64,000 nucleotides of DNA from Rhina ancylostomus (Eukaryota), in NCBI GenBank assembly GCA_030265395.1, contig JARFYF010000007.1:22284386-22348385 (forward strand), given 5' to 3'. Below are positions 37,436 through 51,040 of this stretch, one piece after another (the stretch's first letter is position 1; every line of letters begins with the position of its first letter). The position numbers were made by a program, and so were the translations under genes. The notes under the pieces were generated by a model. That model was not told the origin of the DNA. It saw only the letters and a program-made list of their open reading frames with translations, and ran no database searches.

Positions 37436-38749
37436 TGCTGGTGTGGGAACAGAGGAGAGAAATAGTATAGCAATTGCCCAGTTTGCACTGGTCCGCTTAC
37501 ATGAAGGTACTTCCAGGCTGTAGTTAAGTAAGGAGTTCCAGAATTTTGTCTGAGTGATGATTGTTGGAAGGCAAAATGTTTTCAAATAAGGTTGGTCTAT
37601 AATTTGACGAGGAATGTGCACTTGATGAGGGGTGCTCTGAAACACTTTGAGGTGTCATCCTGAAGTTGCAGATTTGGCATGTGCTGTTGATGCAGCCTTG
37701 GCAAATTGCTACTTATGATTTTACAGATGCACGTAATGCCATGCCATCTTAAGTACCCATTATTTAACTAGTAGATCATGGCTCATTATGTGGGAATATT
37801 TAAGTTCAATGTTCATAGGTTTCTTTGTAAGGAATGCTTGCTCTTAAATATCATCATGGAATATGCGCATATTCCTCTTTTTTGAGAATGTCAGTATTAA
37901 ATACCGAGATCAAAGGAAGTTTTCTTGCAGCACATCAATCCTGAAAATAACTAACTGCAGCCTACTGAACAACTTGAATTTAATTTGATACTCTACTCAT
38001 GATGTAGAGAATAACAAGACAAACCCTGCATGTGAAGAGACATTGAATGTTGTGCCTTGCAGCCAAACCAGGAAGCAAAAGTAGGCTTGGTGTCAGCATG
38101 CGACCTGACAATGAGGTCATAAAAATTCTGTTGCCGAAGACTCGGACGAGGTCTTCTATAGACCAGGCTGCAACAAAAGGTTAACTCACCAAAATGTTTG
38201 CTGCTTTAGAATGCCTACCTGAAGACGTACATTCAAGGTCAAGAAAAATGGAGGAATTAGAAGACAAATTCCCAAAGGCCTTTCTGCAGAGTTTGGAATT
38301 TATCCTTCCTGACATGAAATTTTCAAGCATTACAGCTGCAGATACCAGTGTTCAATGTTTAAATACTATAGCAGTCTAATATTCTATATTCTAGGAAATA
38401 ACCAGGCTACTGAGTCAGCACCCTGGGGAATGGTGGCATCTCAGTGGAGCACAAACCCATTTCCTTCCCCAGGTTGTCAGCATTTATCCTCCCATCCTAA
38501 CACTGCTAGTGACCTTGCTGTTGTCTGTCAGCCACCCAGCTCAGACTGTTGCTTCCACAACTGTGGTACAGTCTGAAACTGGGTCTTCTAGGCCCGCACT
38601 TGCTTGAGGTCTTCCTGACTATATAGTACAGTATAATAGTCGAGGACATGCAAAATGAAATAGGAACTGAAAGAATGCACAAGGGTGATTGAATGACTTT
38701 TGTCTAAAATATAGCATGATTTATGAAATTGTTTTGAAATGTTTATTTT

Positions 38750-39400
38750 ATATTTTAGTCTTGCCTTGTGGCAAATGACACTTCATGGTCAGTGACAGGA
38801 TGTAGAATTGTGAGACTAGTCTATCACATTTCTGTAGAAGCCAGGCTCACATAGTATGCTTTCTATGCAGGTGTGCATGGGCTGCAAAATGGAGTCATGA
38901 GCTATAATATCAGGGATAATTATTGTTGGTTAGTAGGCAGCATCCATTGACCAATTTGGTTGATATACATATGGAACAATATGCAGAATGGACTACTGCA
39001 GAATGAAGATACCAGGTATTGCCAGTATGCTGGACATTGAGCTGAAAGTCACAAGGCCTGTGGTCAGACACCAAATTGGTATTAAGCATAATGGAATCCC
39101 TTTCAGTTCCAGTACATGATGAAGCTGATATCCGGTGCCTACAAAGCAATGTGCATTCACTCAACAGCTCCTTGTACTGTGAAGAAGCCTACATCCTTTG
39201 CAAATCCTTATATTTGTTTCACTTGTTCAATCATAAGAGAAAAGGAAATGCTACCAGCTCGTTTTATAGAGAAAGGTACATACATTCATAGCCACAGCAC
39301 CTTTGTAACAATTGCCAGTGTGGTTTGTACCCTATCCTGAAGGTGATTAAGTTGGCAGATTTCAGTAAGGATCTCAGTTAAGAGAGTTAATCCCCAAGTA
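38750..39400 (-). mobile_element. PIF/Harbinger transposase remnant
   Basis: Minus-strand KGFH, LN.NLVSDH and NYPL-like motifs in the order expected for HARBI1-type transposases. Confidence 0.55.
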
Positions 39401-40889
39401 GCCTGAGCAGATATTGCCTCCTGCCTAGAGCCCTAATTTTCCCAACCCTTCATTTTCCTCCCTTTTCTAGTTTGTCCAGCTTGCAGAGACTCTGCTTATT
39501 CTCCCAGTCATGTTTTATTGCAAGAGGAAGGCCTGCTGGTGCACCCAAGTCTGAAAACAACAGGGTTGTGCAAAAGACATGGTTAAAAAAAAGCATCTCA
39601 ACACCCACCACAGCATTTCCTGCACACTTGAAAATTTGTAGCAATATAACTACTAAAATACTAAAATGTAATAGTAGGAAGAAAATAACCACTGTACAAC
39701 CTGTGAGTAGCTGATGATATCTGCTGGTGCTGGGGAAGGGAGGATAGAGGAGGAAGAGGGGGGCCTTCCTGTCGGTCATTAAGTCATGCAAACTTCACAG
39801 AGGATGCTGACTGGAGCAATGAATTGCAAAAAAGTAGCACTAGTGCAAAGTTAGCACTGTTTAATGACTGATGTCATGATCTGTATGCTTCAAAAACATG
39901 TAAAAACCCTGTTTACAAGTGATGCCTGCACCAAATTATCTGGTGCACTTTATGGCACAAGTATAGCATGAACCACAGAACCAACAAGGACACCTAAGGG
40001 CAGTAATAGTACAGAAAAACAGGCTGCCTTGTCCGATGTCTCACTCAATTGGGTTAGATTTTCAAAGCTACATGAAAGATGGTTGGTTGATCCATGATGG
40101 ATATTATGGGTGTTTAAGAACAGCTTGAATGTCAATTCTATTTTAGGCAAAATGGAAGTAAAAATTATGCCATTTTGATAATGGGCTGTCAATCCAGTAT
40201 GCTGGTTTTACACTGGGGTATCAATTAAAAAACATGAAATTTTCAAGCAACTTAAAGGAGGAGATTGGTCCAGTTACAACACTGACATCTACCTTATAAA
40301 TGTATGTTATTAATATTTTATTTACAATACTTGTTAAAATGTATATATTTTATGATTGTATTAAAATAGCTCTTTTGAAAGTTAGGTAATGGATTGAAGA
40401 TAACTATATTTTTCATTGGTATAAGGTAGAAAAGTGATAGTGAGGAATAGTGAGGCATAATTTTGACTGTGGAATAAAGCAGTAACGGAGTTTCTTGGAG
40501 GACCCTTGAAATAGGCACTGCATGGACTGTAAAGCAATTTGATACCATTGGAACTTCTTGACAATTAATAAACTAAAATATTGTTTTTGAAATAGTTCAA
40601 GAAAGCAGGGCCACTCAATGTACTTGAAACTTCCTGGTTAGGAAAGAAGATGATAATGAGTGCAGAAAACTCAATCAAAACTTCAAGAATACACATTTGC
40701 AATGTTCATAATTTCAACTGTCATTTATTCACTGTGATTATGAACCCTCCACTAATAATAAAACACAGGTCCATGTTTTGTTTAAGTCATCCTCATTTTC
40801 TATGAATACGCTGATCCCCATTGAGGGAAGACCCGTTATCTAAGTACTTAAGAGAAAGCTACAGCATTAACATTGAAATTCAGCCAGAA

Positions 40890-42420
40890 GTGCTGAACAG
40901 ATGATCCTGAGACCCCAACAATAATAAAAGCCAGTCTTCAACCAATTCCATTCACTCCACATGATATCAAGAAGTGGCTGAGAGCACTGGATACAACAAA
41001 TGTTATAGGACTAGACAACATCCTACCTAGCTCTAGTATTGAAGACCTGTGCTCCAGAACTAGCTATGTCTCTAGCCAAACTGTTACAACTTTCCATCTA
41101 CCATACAATGTGCCCCAGTATATCCTATTCACAAATAGTAGTTCAAATCCACTCCAGCTAATTANNNNNNNNNNNNNNNNNNNNNNNNNNNNNNNNNNNN
41201 NNNNNNNNNNNNNNNNNNNNNNNNNNNNNNNNNNNNNNNNNNNNNNNNNNNNNNNNNNNNNNNNNNNNNNNNNNNNNNNNNNNNNNNNNNNNNNNNNNNN
41301 NNNNNNNNNNNNNNNNNNNNNNNNNNNNNNNNNNNNNNNNNNNNNNNNNNNNNNNNNNNNNNNNNNNNNNNNNNNNNNNNNNNNNNNNNNNNNNNNNNNN
41401 NNNNNNNNNNNNNNNNNNNNNNNNNNNNNNNNNNNNNNNNNNNNNNNNNNNNNNNNNNNNNNNNNNNNNNNNNNNNTCACACAAAATTGTTGATGTCAAT
41501 CATCCCAGTCCAGGGTATCTCTGTAAGGGTACATCAGAGATGTATCCTAAACCCAACCATCTTCAGCTGCAATGACATTCTCCCATAATATGGACAGAAA
41601 GGAAGGTGAGGGGAGGGGAAGTGTTTGCTGATGATCGCATAATGTTCAATTCTATTTCCTTAGCAGATGGAACAGACCATCCTTGCATGCAGCAAGATCT
41701 TGACAATATTCAGGCAATGGCTGATACATGGCAATAAAGTGTCAGGCAATGATCATCTCCAACAAGACAGAGTCTAACCACCTACCTTCACATTTAATGG
41801 CATTACTATCGCTGAGTCCCCAACCACAACATCCTGAGGATCACCAGTGGCCAGAAACTCAATTGAACTAGCCACATGAATCTCATTGGCTACATGAGCA
41901 AGTCAGAGGCTGGGTATCCTGTGGCAAGTGACTCACTTTCTGATGCTCCAAAGCCTTCCTATCTGCAGTGTAGAAGTCAGGATATGATGGAATACTCTTC
42001 AGATTAGTTTGGATCTAACAAATCTCAAGAAGCTCATTAGCATTCTGGACAAAGCAGCCCACTTGATTTGCACCCCATCCATCACCCTAAACATGTGTTC
42101 TCTCCACCACAGGTAGATACCGTCAGCAAAACGTACTGTGATTACTCGCCCACACTACTCACCTTTATCGACAAGACAGACAAAAGCAGCAAGTTCATGG
42201 GAACAGCTGCAGGATCTGAGTTACACACCGTGACCAGGAAATATATTGCAGATCCTTCATTGTTGGTGGTCTGAATCTTGAGACTCCCTGCTCCACACCA
42301 CTGTGGAGTTCCTTCACCAAAAGAATGCAGTGGTTGAAGAAGCAGCTCACCTTCACCTTCTCATTGTCAATTAGAAATGGGCAATAGATGCTGGTCTTGC
42401 CAGAGATGCCCAGCTCCCCC
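40890..42420 (+). mobile_element. Non-LTR retrotransposon (CR1/L2 group) RT region and 3' tail
   Basis: DIKKWLRALDTT..GLDNI, VLKTCAPELAMSLAKL, FADD, QQDLDNIQA motifs; homologous to 44245-45782. Confidence 0.85.
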
Positions 42421-43524
42421 CAAAAAGTTAATCAATATAGTAAGTTATATCTTGTTTCATCAAATCCAGTGTAACATTCCAGACATGCAAACTACTTCAC
42501 AGAATAACCAGTAACAGAGCACATGCTAAAATTTTATTTTCTGCACTAATGAAAAAACTTGTAGATTCTAAGATCTCCTCCAAATTTAAATGGAATAATA
42601 TCCATCATACCAAGTCTGCTTTAGTACTGTGTTTCTTAAATATGCTGATTACAAAGATGTGTATTAATATCAGCTGAAGAGAAAAAAGCATTCCACACTG
42701 CTTCAAGGCACAAGGATAATAAATGAATCTGATCATCTGCAGACACAGATTCATTACTGGAGGTCAATTCTATGANNNNNNNNNNNNNNNNNNGTAATGC
42801 AATATTTAACTATAACAAATTCACTATGGCACTGAACCTCATGACTTGGTACAGGTGTGGCAAATTAAGAGGTGCAAATCTCAAAAGTAATCACAGTCAT
42901 TTTATGGTATGGGAGGAAATGCACTGGCTTGGTGAAAATGCTTAAAGAATTATCCAATGTAGTCTGAGAAAAGACAGTAAAAGTTAAAGAATGTCTGAAC
43001 ATATGCCTTGGATTCAGTAGAAAGCAGTCAATAAATCTCTTTGTGTATTCGATTTCAGTTTTATATTGATATTCTTTCTTGTACAGACTGTACATTGCCC
43101 TTTCTTTTGATGTAGTGAAATCACTGTGAAATAAGCAAGAGAATATCACATCATTGTACAAAAAATACTATTTTAAGTTGCACTGTGACAATTCAAGCAA
43201 ACAAACCACCTATAATAGTCTTCAGTTCCTGCAAAGAGCAATATTCACTGTGGATGGTAAGACAACAGAGATAAATATGATATCAATACATTTGAAAAAC
43301 TTAAATCCAGAAATCAAAACAGCATTTGTGTTCACTCCAGCTGCACAGATAAATAGTTTAAAGTTACAATGTGAACAAATGATCTGATAGGATTTCTTAA
43401 TTTTTTGAATGGAACATTCCACTTTATCAACTTAATGCAATAAATATCTGATTTTTTTTTGTGTCTGATAGGCTCTCCAATAAATTCCACTGAATACTGT
43501 GTTTTGTGATTCTATAAGAAACAT

Positions 43525-43810
43525 GTTGGCCTGGATGTATGCTGGTAATTATTGGCAGTCCCAAAGAAACTGCCAACATTTACCAGTTTAAATGGAAGTC
43601 TGGGACTTTGTGCACATATTGTCAAATGCTAAAGTCAAAAACTTACTGACAATTTCAGAATGCCAATTCTGTCAGTTTACTCTTGCACCGCACCTCACAA
43701 ATAGTCAGCTTTTCAGGTCAATGCATGCACAGAAGTCCTGGACTTGCTTCCACTTACACCGGTAAATGTTTGTTCAGGATATCAACATTTACCAGCAAGA
43801 TAGAATTCTC
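43525..43810. repeat. Imperfect palindromic, MITE-like element
   Basis: 43575-43617 pairs with 43721-43770, and 43541-43554 pairs with 43783-43796. Confidence 0.65.
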
Positions 43811-44244
43811 AGCATTTACATGGGAGAATTAGTTCTTGAATTCTGTACCAGATTAGAATAAATTAACGCAAAGGGGAGGGGAAGTTACATTCTTCTAATA
43901 GTATTAAACTAACGCAAAATAATTAAAAGTATTTACAAGCATTGTTAAATGTGTTTAGCTATTTTTAAAAATGTTAATGATATTTCACTTAAAAAAATTA
44001 CATTTTAATGGTTTTTAAATGTGTTTGAACTGGAGAGGCAATCATTTATAATTTAACACATTCAGCTTTTTAAATAGAAGTATTCTGAATGCAGCGTTCA
44101 AACTTCCACCACACTCTAGGTAAGAAATTCCACCCTCTTGAATGAAGAAGTTAACCTAAACAGCCTAATCCAAATATCCATTTTTAGGTAAGAAATTCAA
44201 AATTGTGCACAATATTCCAGGTCCATTCTTATCAAGGCTTCCTC

Positions 44245-45782
44245 CTGAGACTGTCATCATCACAGAAGCAGGTCTTCAGCCAATTTGATTCATTCCACGT
44301 ATTACTGAGAGCACTGGGTCCAGACAATGTCCCAGCTATAGTACTGAAGACCCACACTCCAGAACCAGCCACATCTCTTGCTAAGCTAATCCAATATGGT
44401 TACAACTCTGACATCTACCCAACAATGTGGAAAATTGCCCTATTCACAAAAAGCAGGACAAATCCTAACTGCCCAATTGGTCTACTGTCAATCATCAACA
44501 AACTGATAGAAGCTGTCATCAACAATACTGTCAGCAGTACTTACTTACCAATAAACTATGCACCAATACCCAGTTCAGTTTTGCCAGAATCACTCAACTC
44601 CAGGCTCGGTCCAAACAAGGATCAAAGAGCTGAATTCCAGAAGTAAAGCTAGTGTGATAGCACTTGATGCCACGGCAGCATTTAACTTAGTATGGCATCA
44701 AAGAGGCCTGGTAAAATTGAAATAAAACAGAAGGCACTCCAGTGGTTGGAGTCATATCTTGCACAAAGTAAGCTGACTGAGATTGTCAGAGATCAATCAT
44801 CCCAAGCCTAGGACATCACTGCAGGGTTCTACAGAGTAGTGCCCTACATGCCAGCCATCTTTACATGATTCATCCNNNNNNNNNNNNNNNNNNNNNNNNN
44901 NNNNNNNNNNNNNNNNNNNNNNNNNNNNNNNNNNNNNNNNNNNNNNNNNNNNNNNNNNNNNNNNNNNNNNNNNNNTGCCAGCCATCTTTACATGATTCAT
45001 CCATAGTTTTCCTTCCATAATAAGGTCAGGAATGGGGATGTTCGCTGACAATTGCATAATGTTCAATTCCATTTGAAACTGTTCAGCAAATGAAGTGACC
45101 CATGCCCACATGAGTCAAGACTGAGACAACATTCTGGCATAGATTGATAAGTGGCAGAAAATACACTTGCACCACAATATGACCAAGTCCAACATGAAAG
45201 AGTCTAACCACCAATCTTAACATTCAATGATATTATGAATGCTGAGTCCCCCACCAATTAACATCCTGTGGTCACCCCTGACCAAAAATTGAACAGGGCC
45301 AGCTACCTAAATCTTGTGGCTACATTAGCAGGTCCAAGGCTGGGTATCTTGCAGACAACCCAAAGCCTTTCTGTGATCTACCAGATACAATTAGAAGCCT
45401 GGATGAGTACAGCTCTCGCCACTCTCAAGAAGTTGGACACCATTCAGAACAATGCAATCTATTTGCTTGGCACCTCATCCACCAGGTTAAGGATGTTATT
45501 TCTGTCACCACTGATGCATAGTGGCTGCAGTATGTACCATCCACAATTTTCCAGGTTTTTCCAACACTACCTCCCAAACCTGTGATGTCTAACACCAGGG
45601 AAACAAAAGCAGCAAGTGGATGGGAACACCACTGCTTCCAAGTTGGTTACAATTCTGACTTGGAAATATATTGCTTTCTTTGGGTTTAAATTCTGGAAAT
45701 CTGTCCCAAACTGCACTGAGGGAATATCTTCACCAGAAGGATTGCAGTAGTTTGAGGTAGCAGCTCACCACCATCTTCTCTC
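44245..45782 (+). mobile_element. Second copy of the same non-LTR retrotransposon
   Basis: ORF LRALGPDNVPAIVLKTHTPEPATSLAKLIQYGYNSDIYPTMWKIA...PIGLLSIINKLIE; MFADN; LKKLDTIQN. Confidence 0.88.
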
Positions 45783-46487
45783 TTATACTAAAATCCTCTT
45801 GCAACATACCATTTGCCTTCCTAATTGTCTGCTGCATCTACATGTTAGATTTAAGTGACCAACTAATATACTGTACTTATGGAACCAATGATTCTCACCT
45901 CATTTTATCTCCTGGTATTCTCATGACGTGGGTATCCTAGCTTGCAGGTGTTAAAAATAAAATGAGTTAATATGTAGGAATATGGTCTCTTTTCAAGACT
46001 TAGCTGACCAAGCTGTCTCTTGAGAATGGGTTTGGCACCTGCCAACACATACCAATCCCTTGATATGTGTCTGCTAAAATCAGATGCCAGTAGTATCTTA
46101 TTTATAAATGTTGAACCCAGCCCCCCCCAACCCGCAAATTTGGTCCCTTAATCTTGCAACAGTTTTAAAACTACATACATATTCTTGGACCATAAAAGTA
46201 CACAATATTGAATTATTTAGTTTTATTTAAACAACAGTATTAATATTTTGAAAGAATAATTTACAATACTGTGGAGAATTTTCTGTTCAAATATCCTATC
46301 TTATGAAAACAAATGTGCACAGTTGACATGCTATTAATATTGAGAAAATTCATGGTTAATTCAATGTGGTAAATCAATGATCTCACAGAACGATAATAAC
46401 TTTCTTGGAATTATTTTTTTAAATAATGTGCCCCCTAACATTAGGAAAGCATGTGTGTTATTTTTTATAAAGATTATAGAAGTTTGG

Positions 46488-46835
46488 GGTATGGTGGCAG
46501 GGTATTGGTTAAATTATCAGACTGATAATCCAGAGGCCAGAGTTCAACTTCCACCATTGTAGTTGTAGAATTTAAATTCAGTTAATATTCTAACATGTAA
46601 AAAAAAATCTAGTTATAGTGTAGATGACCTCAAAACTAACAGATTGTTGCAAGAACCTATCTGGTTCACTAATGTCTTTAGGGAGAAGATCTTGCATGTG
46701 ACTTCAGACTCAAAGTGGTTGGCTCAGAGGGCTTTGCTAGGCCCTCTGAAGTGGCCGAGCAAACCATCAGTTTATAAGCAATTAGGAATGGATGATGAAT
46801 GCTTGCCTCTGCATTGACAACCAGATCCTGAAAAG
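46488..46835 (+). mobile_element. SINE-like element with LINE-derived tail
   Basis: B-box-like 'agttcaactt' near the 5' end; homologous to 2615-2980; tail 'gcaattaggaatggatgatgaatgcttgcct'. Confidence 0.75.
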
Positions 46836-49800
46836 AATTAATTTAAAAAAATTAACAGTAAGACATAATGCTCTGTGTATTTAATGTGATTTCTCTGAAA
46901 ACAAGTAATCCTAATTGGACCAATGAATCTAGCAAGATATTGCAAGTTCAATTATTTGTTCCCTTGCAACTTGGTAGGAATTCTTAAAAAAGTCAGGGGC
47001 AATTAATTTATGAAAATTTCTGGAAGTGCATTTGTACTGGAAATAAATTGGTTTATTCCAAACATCCAAAACTCAATGTTCCTTCTGAGTTGAAGAGAAT
47101 TGACACTACCAAGTTATCATGTGCACACAATAACATAATAATACATAGACATGAAGAGAGTATTTTGCCCAGAGGGGAAACTAAAGAAAAAAAATCATCT
47201 TTCTGTTTCTTTCATTTGTCCTGCTCTGATTTGTCCCAGTAAATGAATCACACAGTGTGCATTTGCACTGCAATTTGAAACTCAGACTACTGAGTCCTGG
47301 ATATGGGCATTTAGATCAATATGTTATATTCACCTTGTTCACATAGAACCTTTAACTATAAGAAACACTTGAAATTAATCTGTTGTGAAGCTAAAGATGG
47401 TTTGCAAAGTTCCCAAAGAACATGATGCCAAAGTTGATACCAAAGATCCATTTATCTGCTTGGCTAAAGGTTTTAAGATCACAACATTTGTCTAAAACAT
47501 TGATGGTGGCGTACTTTTGTACTGCATTTTAAATTGCTATATTGTTCATTTTTAAAAAATGGCTCTTACAGTATAGTGTTTTATGTATGGAAAAATATTT
47601 TACATGCAAGGACATAGGAAATGACTCCAAATTAAGGAATTGATCATATAATGATTGAAACATGTACCACAATGATATAATTACAAGATCTCAATGCTAC
47701 AAATAAATAGCTCTCCCACCAGCATCCACACCCCCCAACTCCCGCCCCCCACACATACACTCAGGTTCTTAAGTTATTATTGTGGATGGACATTTAGAAC
47801 AAAAAAATGCAAGTGAATTATATTTTCAGTTTTTCATAAGGATTGATTTGGTAAACCATAATTTCAAATTAAACAATCAACATACTGGCTTAATTTTCAT
47901 TCTATTAGCTAAACTTTCCCTGACTAAATGCAACATACTAAAATCTGAATTTACACTTTTTAAACTTATACTGCAAAAAATATTTTGTAAACTTATTTTT
48001 GTATGAACTGGGGTAAGTTGAACAGATCTTCTGATTAACATAGCTGGTAGCTAATTATACAGTATAACAGCACCAGTGAAACACTGCACTGATGGTCAGA
48101 GAACTGCAGGGATTTAAAACCAACCGTACATCATTATTTTTAATAATAGAGCACAAGTGCTAGTATACTTTTTCTTTTAAATGTAATGATGAACCTTGGT
48201 GATTTACTTAAATTCAGATGGTGACAGACTTAATCTGAAATTTATTCAAATATGATTCAGCAACTGGTGCCAGAAACAAGATAATTCACCTTGCAAAAGT
48301 CATTCCTGGATTGATACATTGAAATGAATCAAGAACTACTATTTCAGTCTTTATAGATCTGGCTGTAAAACAGCACTGGAGAAAATTTTCAGACAATCAC
48401 AAACCAGTTTTTTTTCTCATGGAATCCCAAAGCCAAAGAAAAGAACAGAAATGTGAAATGTATTTATAAAGACATACAATAAATTCCTCAAATTAAAATA
48501 TGAACTGGAGAGGGAAACAGATAGACTGAAAAAGGGAAATGGGAAACAGGGAAGAGATAGAAATGAGAGAAAGGGAATATGGTGAGGAAAACTAATTTTG
48601 TTCTGAATAGTTTTTGTAACATCTTTTTATCTTTTTGAACATAACAATGGCCACATTGAAGAGATTGAAATTTCCATGAATTTGACAGCAATCATTACTA
48701 GACATAATAACAAAGTAAAGGCCAAATGTCATTTAAAAATATATTTGCAGTTTTCTTTAATCACTCTCTTGATTGATTTCATTTGATGGAAAGTAAAATA
48801 ACAGGTACTTTGTTCCACCTTTCATTGCTTAAGCACAGCCTTTTAATAAGCTTAAATCAAATATGTTTACAGATCAGCTACATTTCTAGAAACAGAGAAT
48901 GATGCACATTTTTATACTTTGTGTTTGTGAGGGGGTGGGGTGGGTAGTCAAAAGACCAGTATTACATAATCTATTTACGTAGATAGCAGGTGTACTGCAT
49001 AAAATCACAGAATTTAAATTATATTCACCTTTAACCATCTATGCTTTGCACTCGGACTATACCATTACACTTTCTGCTTATGTCACGTTCAATGCAATTG
49101 GAACACCTGTCAAGATGTAAGAATTTACAGCAATTTCACTAAAATGATGCACATTATGGGAAAAAACCTCTACCCGAAACTCTAAAATGAACTGAAAGAT
49201 ATTCTTAGTAGTTAATTCTTATTAACCGTCGTTTAATAGGTTTTCCATTAATTTAGTAATAAAAAAATCAGGAGCCGTTAAAAAAGTGACATGAATGCAG
49301 TTACTTCGATCTTACGACATTGCTGCGTATAACTTCATTTTCAGATGTTTTATTTCACTTAGACTGTAACAGCTACACTAAGCATCCCCCAATATCATCA
49401 TGTTTGGAAGAACAGTTGTTATTACCATCTGATAATCAAGCGCTAACATTCGGCTTTAAAACAAAATGTAAATTTATTTATAACAATATTCACATGCGCA
49501 CACAGCCGAATTTATCGAAGAACTACTATGTGATTTTTTAAAATGTCAACCGTAACTAGTATTCAATCGGTTGCTTTCTAATACAACAGTCTGATAAAGA
49601 AAATGTATTATTTTTAATGAATATGAAAGCGACATCCACCAATACCACGTAATGTGCAAGGGTTGCAAAAATAGTAAAAATATTTTACAAATTGTCCTTT
49701 GACCAGATCAAGCGTTCCTGTTAACGAAGTTCGTAAATCGTACAACGTTTATTCCTTCGTTTAAATAGCTTCTACATCGACACAATTTTGCCAATAGCTC

Positions 49801-50814
49801 CGCCAAGGACTTCTTGAATTGATCTACAATTCAGAAACCCAGCTCATTCTGCGACTCAATCTACGTCAATTATGGTGAATTATCAATATGTATTCATTTG
49901 CGATACTTCTCCCCACAAAACAGGTTGTTATCTTTGGTTTACAAAATGTGACATATCCAGTAATACAACCTCGTTTTGTGGTGCATAATTATCTCCTTTT
50001 ATCACACCGCTAGCAGCCCCAGATCGAGAGCAATGACAGGCACCGTTTTCAACGCACTAAACAGCAACTCTCCAATTGCAAGAGCTCCGGAAAATGGCAT
50101 CGCTACGAACAAACCCGCCCCAAGAGGATCTGTAAATCGAAAAGCTATGATAATTTTACGAAAGCATGTATGGATAAATACCATGAATCAATCATTCAAA
50201 ATAAATCTATAATACGTAACCGATAGGCATTAAAGTTAATTTCGTTTTAAATCAGTTTTCCTTACAGCGTTGTTTGACTATCATTTAGGCTTTAAAAAAA
50301 AAGAATATGCAATTTTTAGTGCTTTTAAAAAAGCCGGTCTATGAAGTGAATGTTTCAAGAACCCATTTTTTGTTTGATAAAATGTAATTCGTTTATTATT
50401 CTTTTGATGTAGTGGAACATTTCTGACTGTGAGAACGCCACTTCAAAAACAGCTATGCTATACAGCTTAAACCCTTCTAAGGCTGGATTTGAGCTGTTAA
50501 TCTGACAATCAAATGAAGAGCCCCGATGAAACCGGTCTTTCTTCTTTGCAAGTGACGAGAACCTACAGCCACAACAACCCATTAGCACCTGCCCATACAA
50601 ACACAACACTTTCATAACTGTAAACACTGCCCTACCTAATAGAATGAGAGGGATAATAGATAAACTAGCTATCAAATACCTCATCTATTTATATATTACC
50701 AAATGGCTTCTTGTCCAATAATATCCACAATATACACACAAAAATTCAAGTATTCCTCTGACAATCCGATTGCGCTTTTTTGAACACCCTCTTTTGGGCT
50801 CAGACACCCACTTT

Positions 50815-50930
50815 GAGTTTCTTTATAAATGCTAGGATTAATTAGCTCTATTTAGTGGCAGGCAATGACGAGCCCAAGAGCGATTGGATACCGACGCCCG
50901 GCCCTGCCTTATATTTTACACTCCACAGAG
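50815..50930 (+). promoter_or_regulatory. Putative mab21l1 core promoter
   Basis: TATAAA 50824-50829, GGATTAATTA homeodomain site 50835-50844, reverse CCAAT (ATTGG) 50883-50887, GC-rich patch and TATA-like TTATATTT 50909-50916, about 370-460 bp upstream of the ATG. Confidence 0.55.
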
Positions 50931-51002
50931 CATCTATGCTCCTCCAAACTGATCAGCAGCTTTAGAAGCGCAGGCTGGACTACACTTGATCTGTTTCTTG
51001 AC

Positions 51003-51006
<4 letters not shown>

Positions 51007-51036
<30 letters not shown>
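51007..51036 (+). repeat. (GA)15 microsatellite in the presumed mab21l1 5' UTR
   Basis: Read directly from the sequence. Confidence 0.95.

Positions 51037-51040
<4 letters not shown>

Larger units (their letters stand above)
36686..37720 (-). mobile_element. 3' end of the LINE family seen at 40890-42420, split by a Penelope insertion
   Basis: Tail at 36686-36775 is the reverse complement of 42335-42420; KFWNSLLNYS at ~37515-37550 matches the same family. Confidence 0.6.

Noticed and set aside
44849-45002. Identical 27 bp either side of an N gap; similar cases at ~13403-13534 and ~60082-60204
   Set aside because: Typical contig-end overlaps left by scaffolding, so not accepted as real direct repeats
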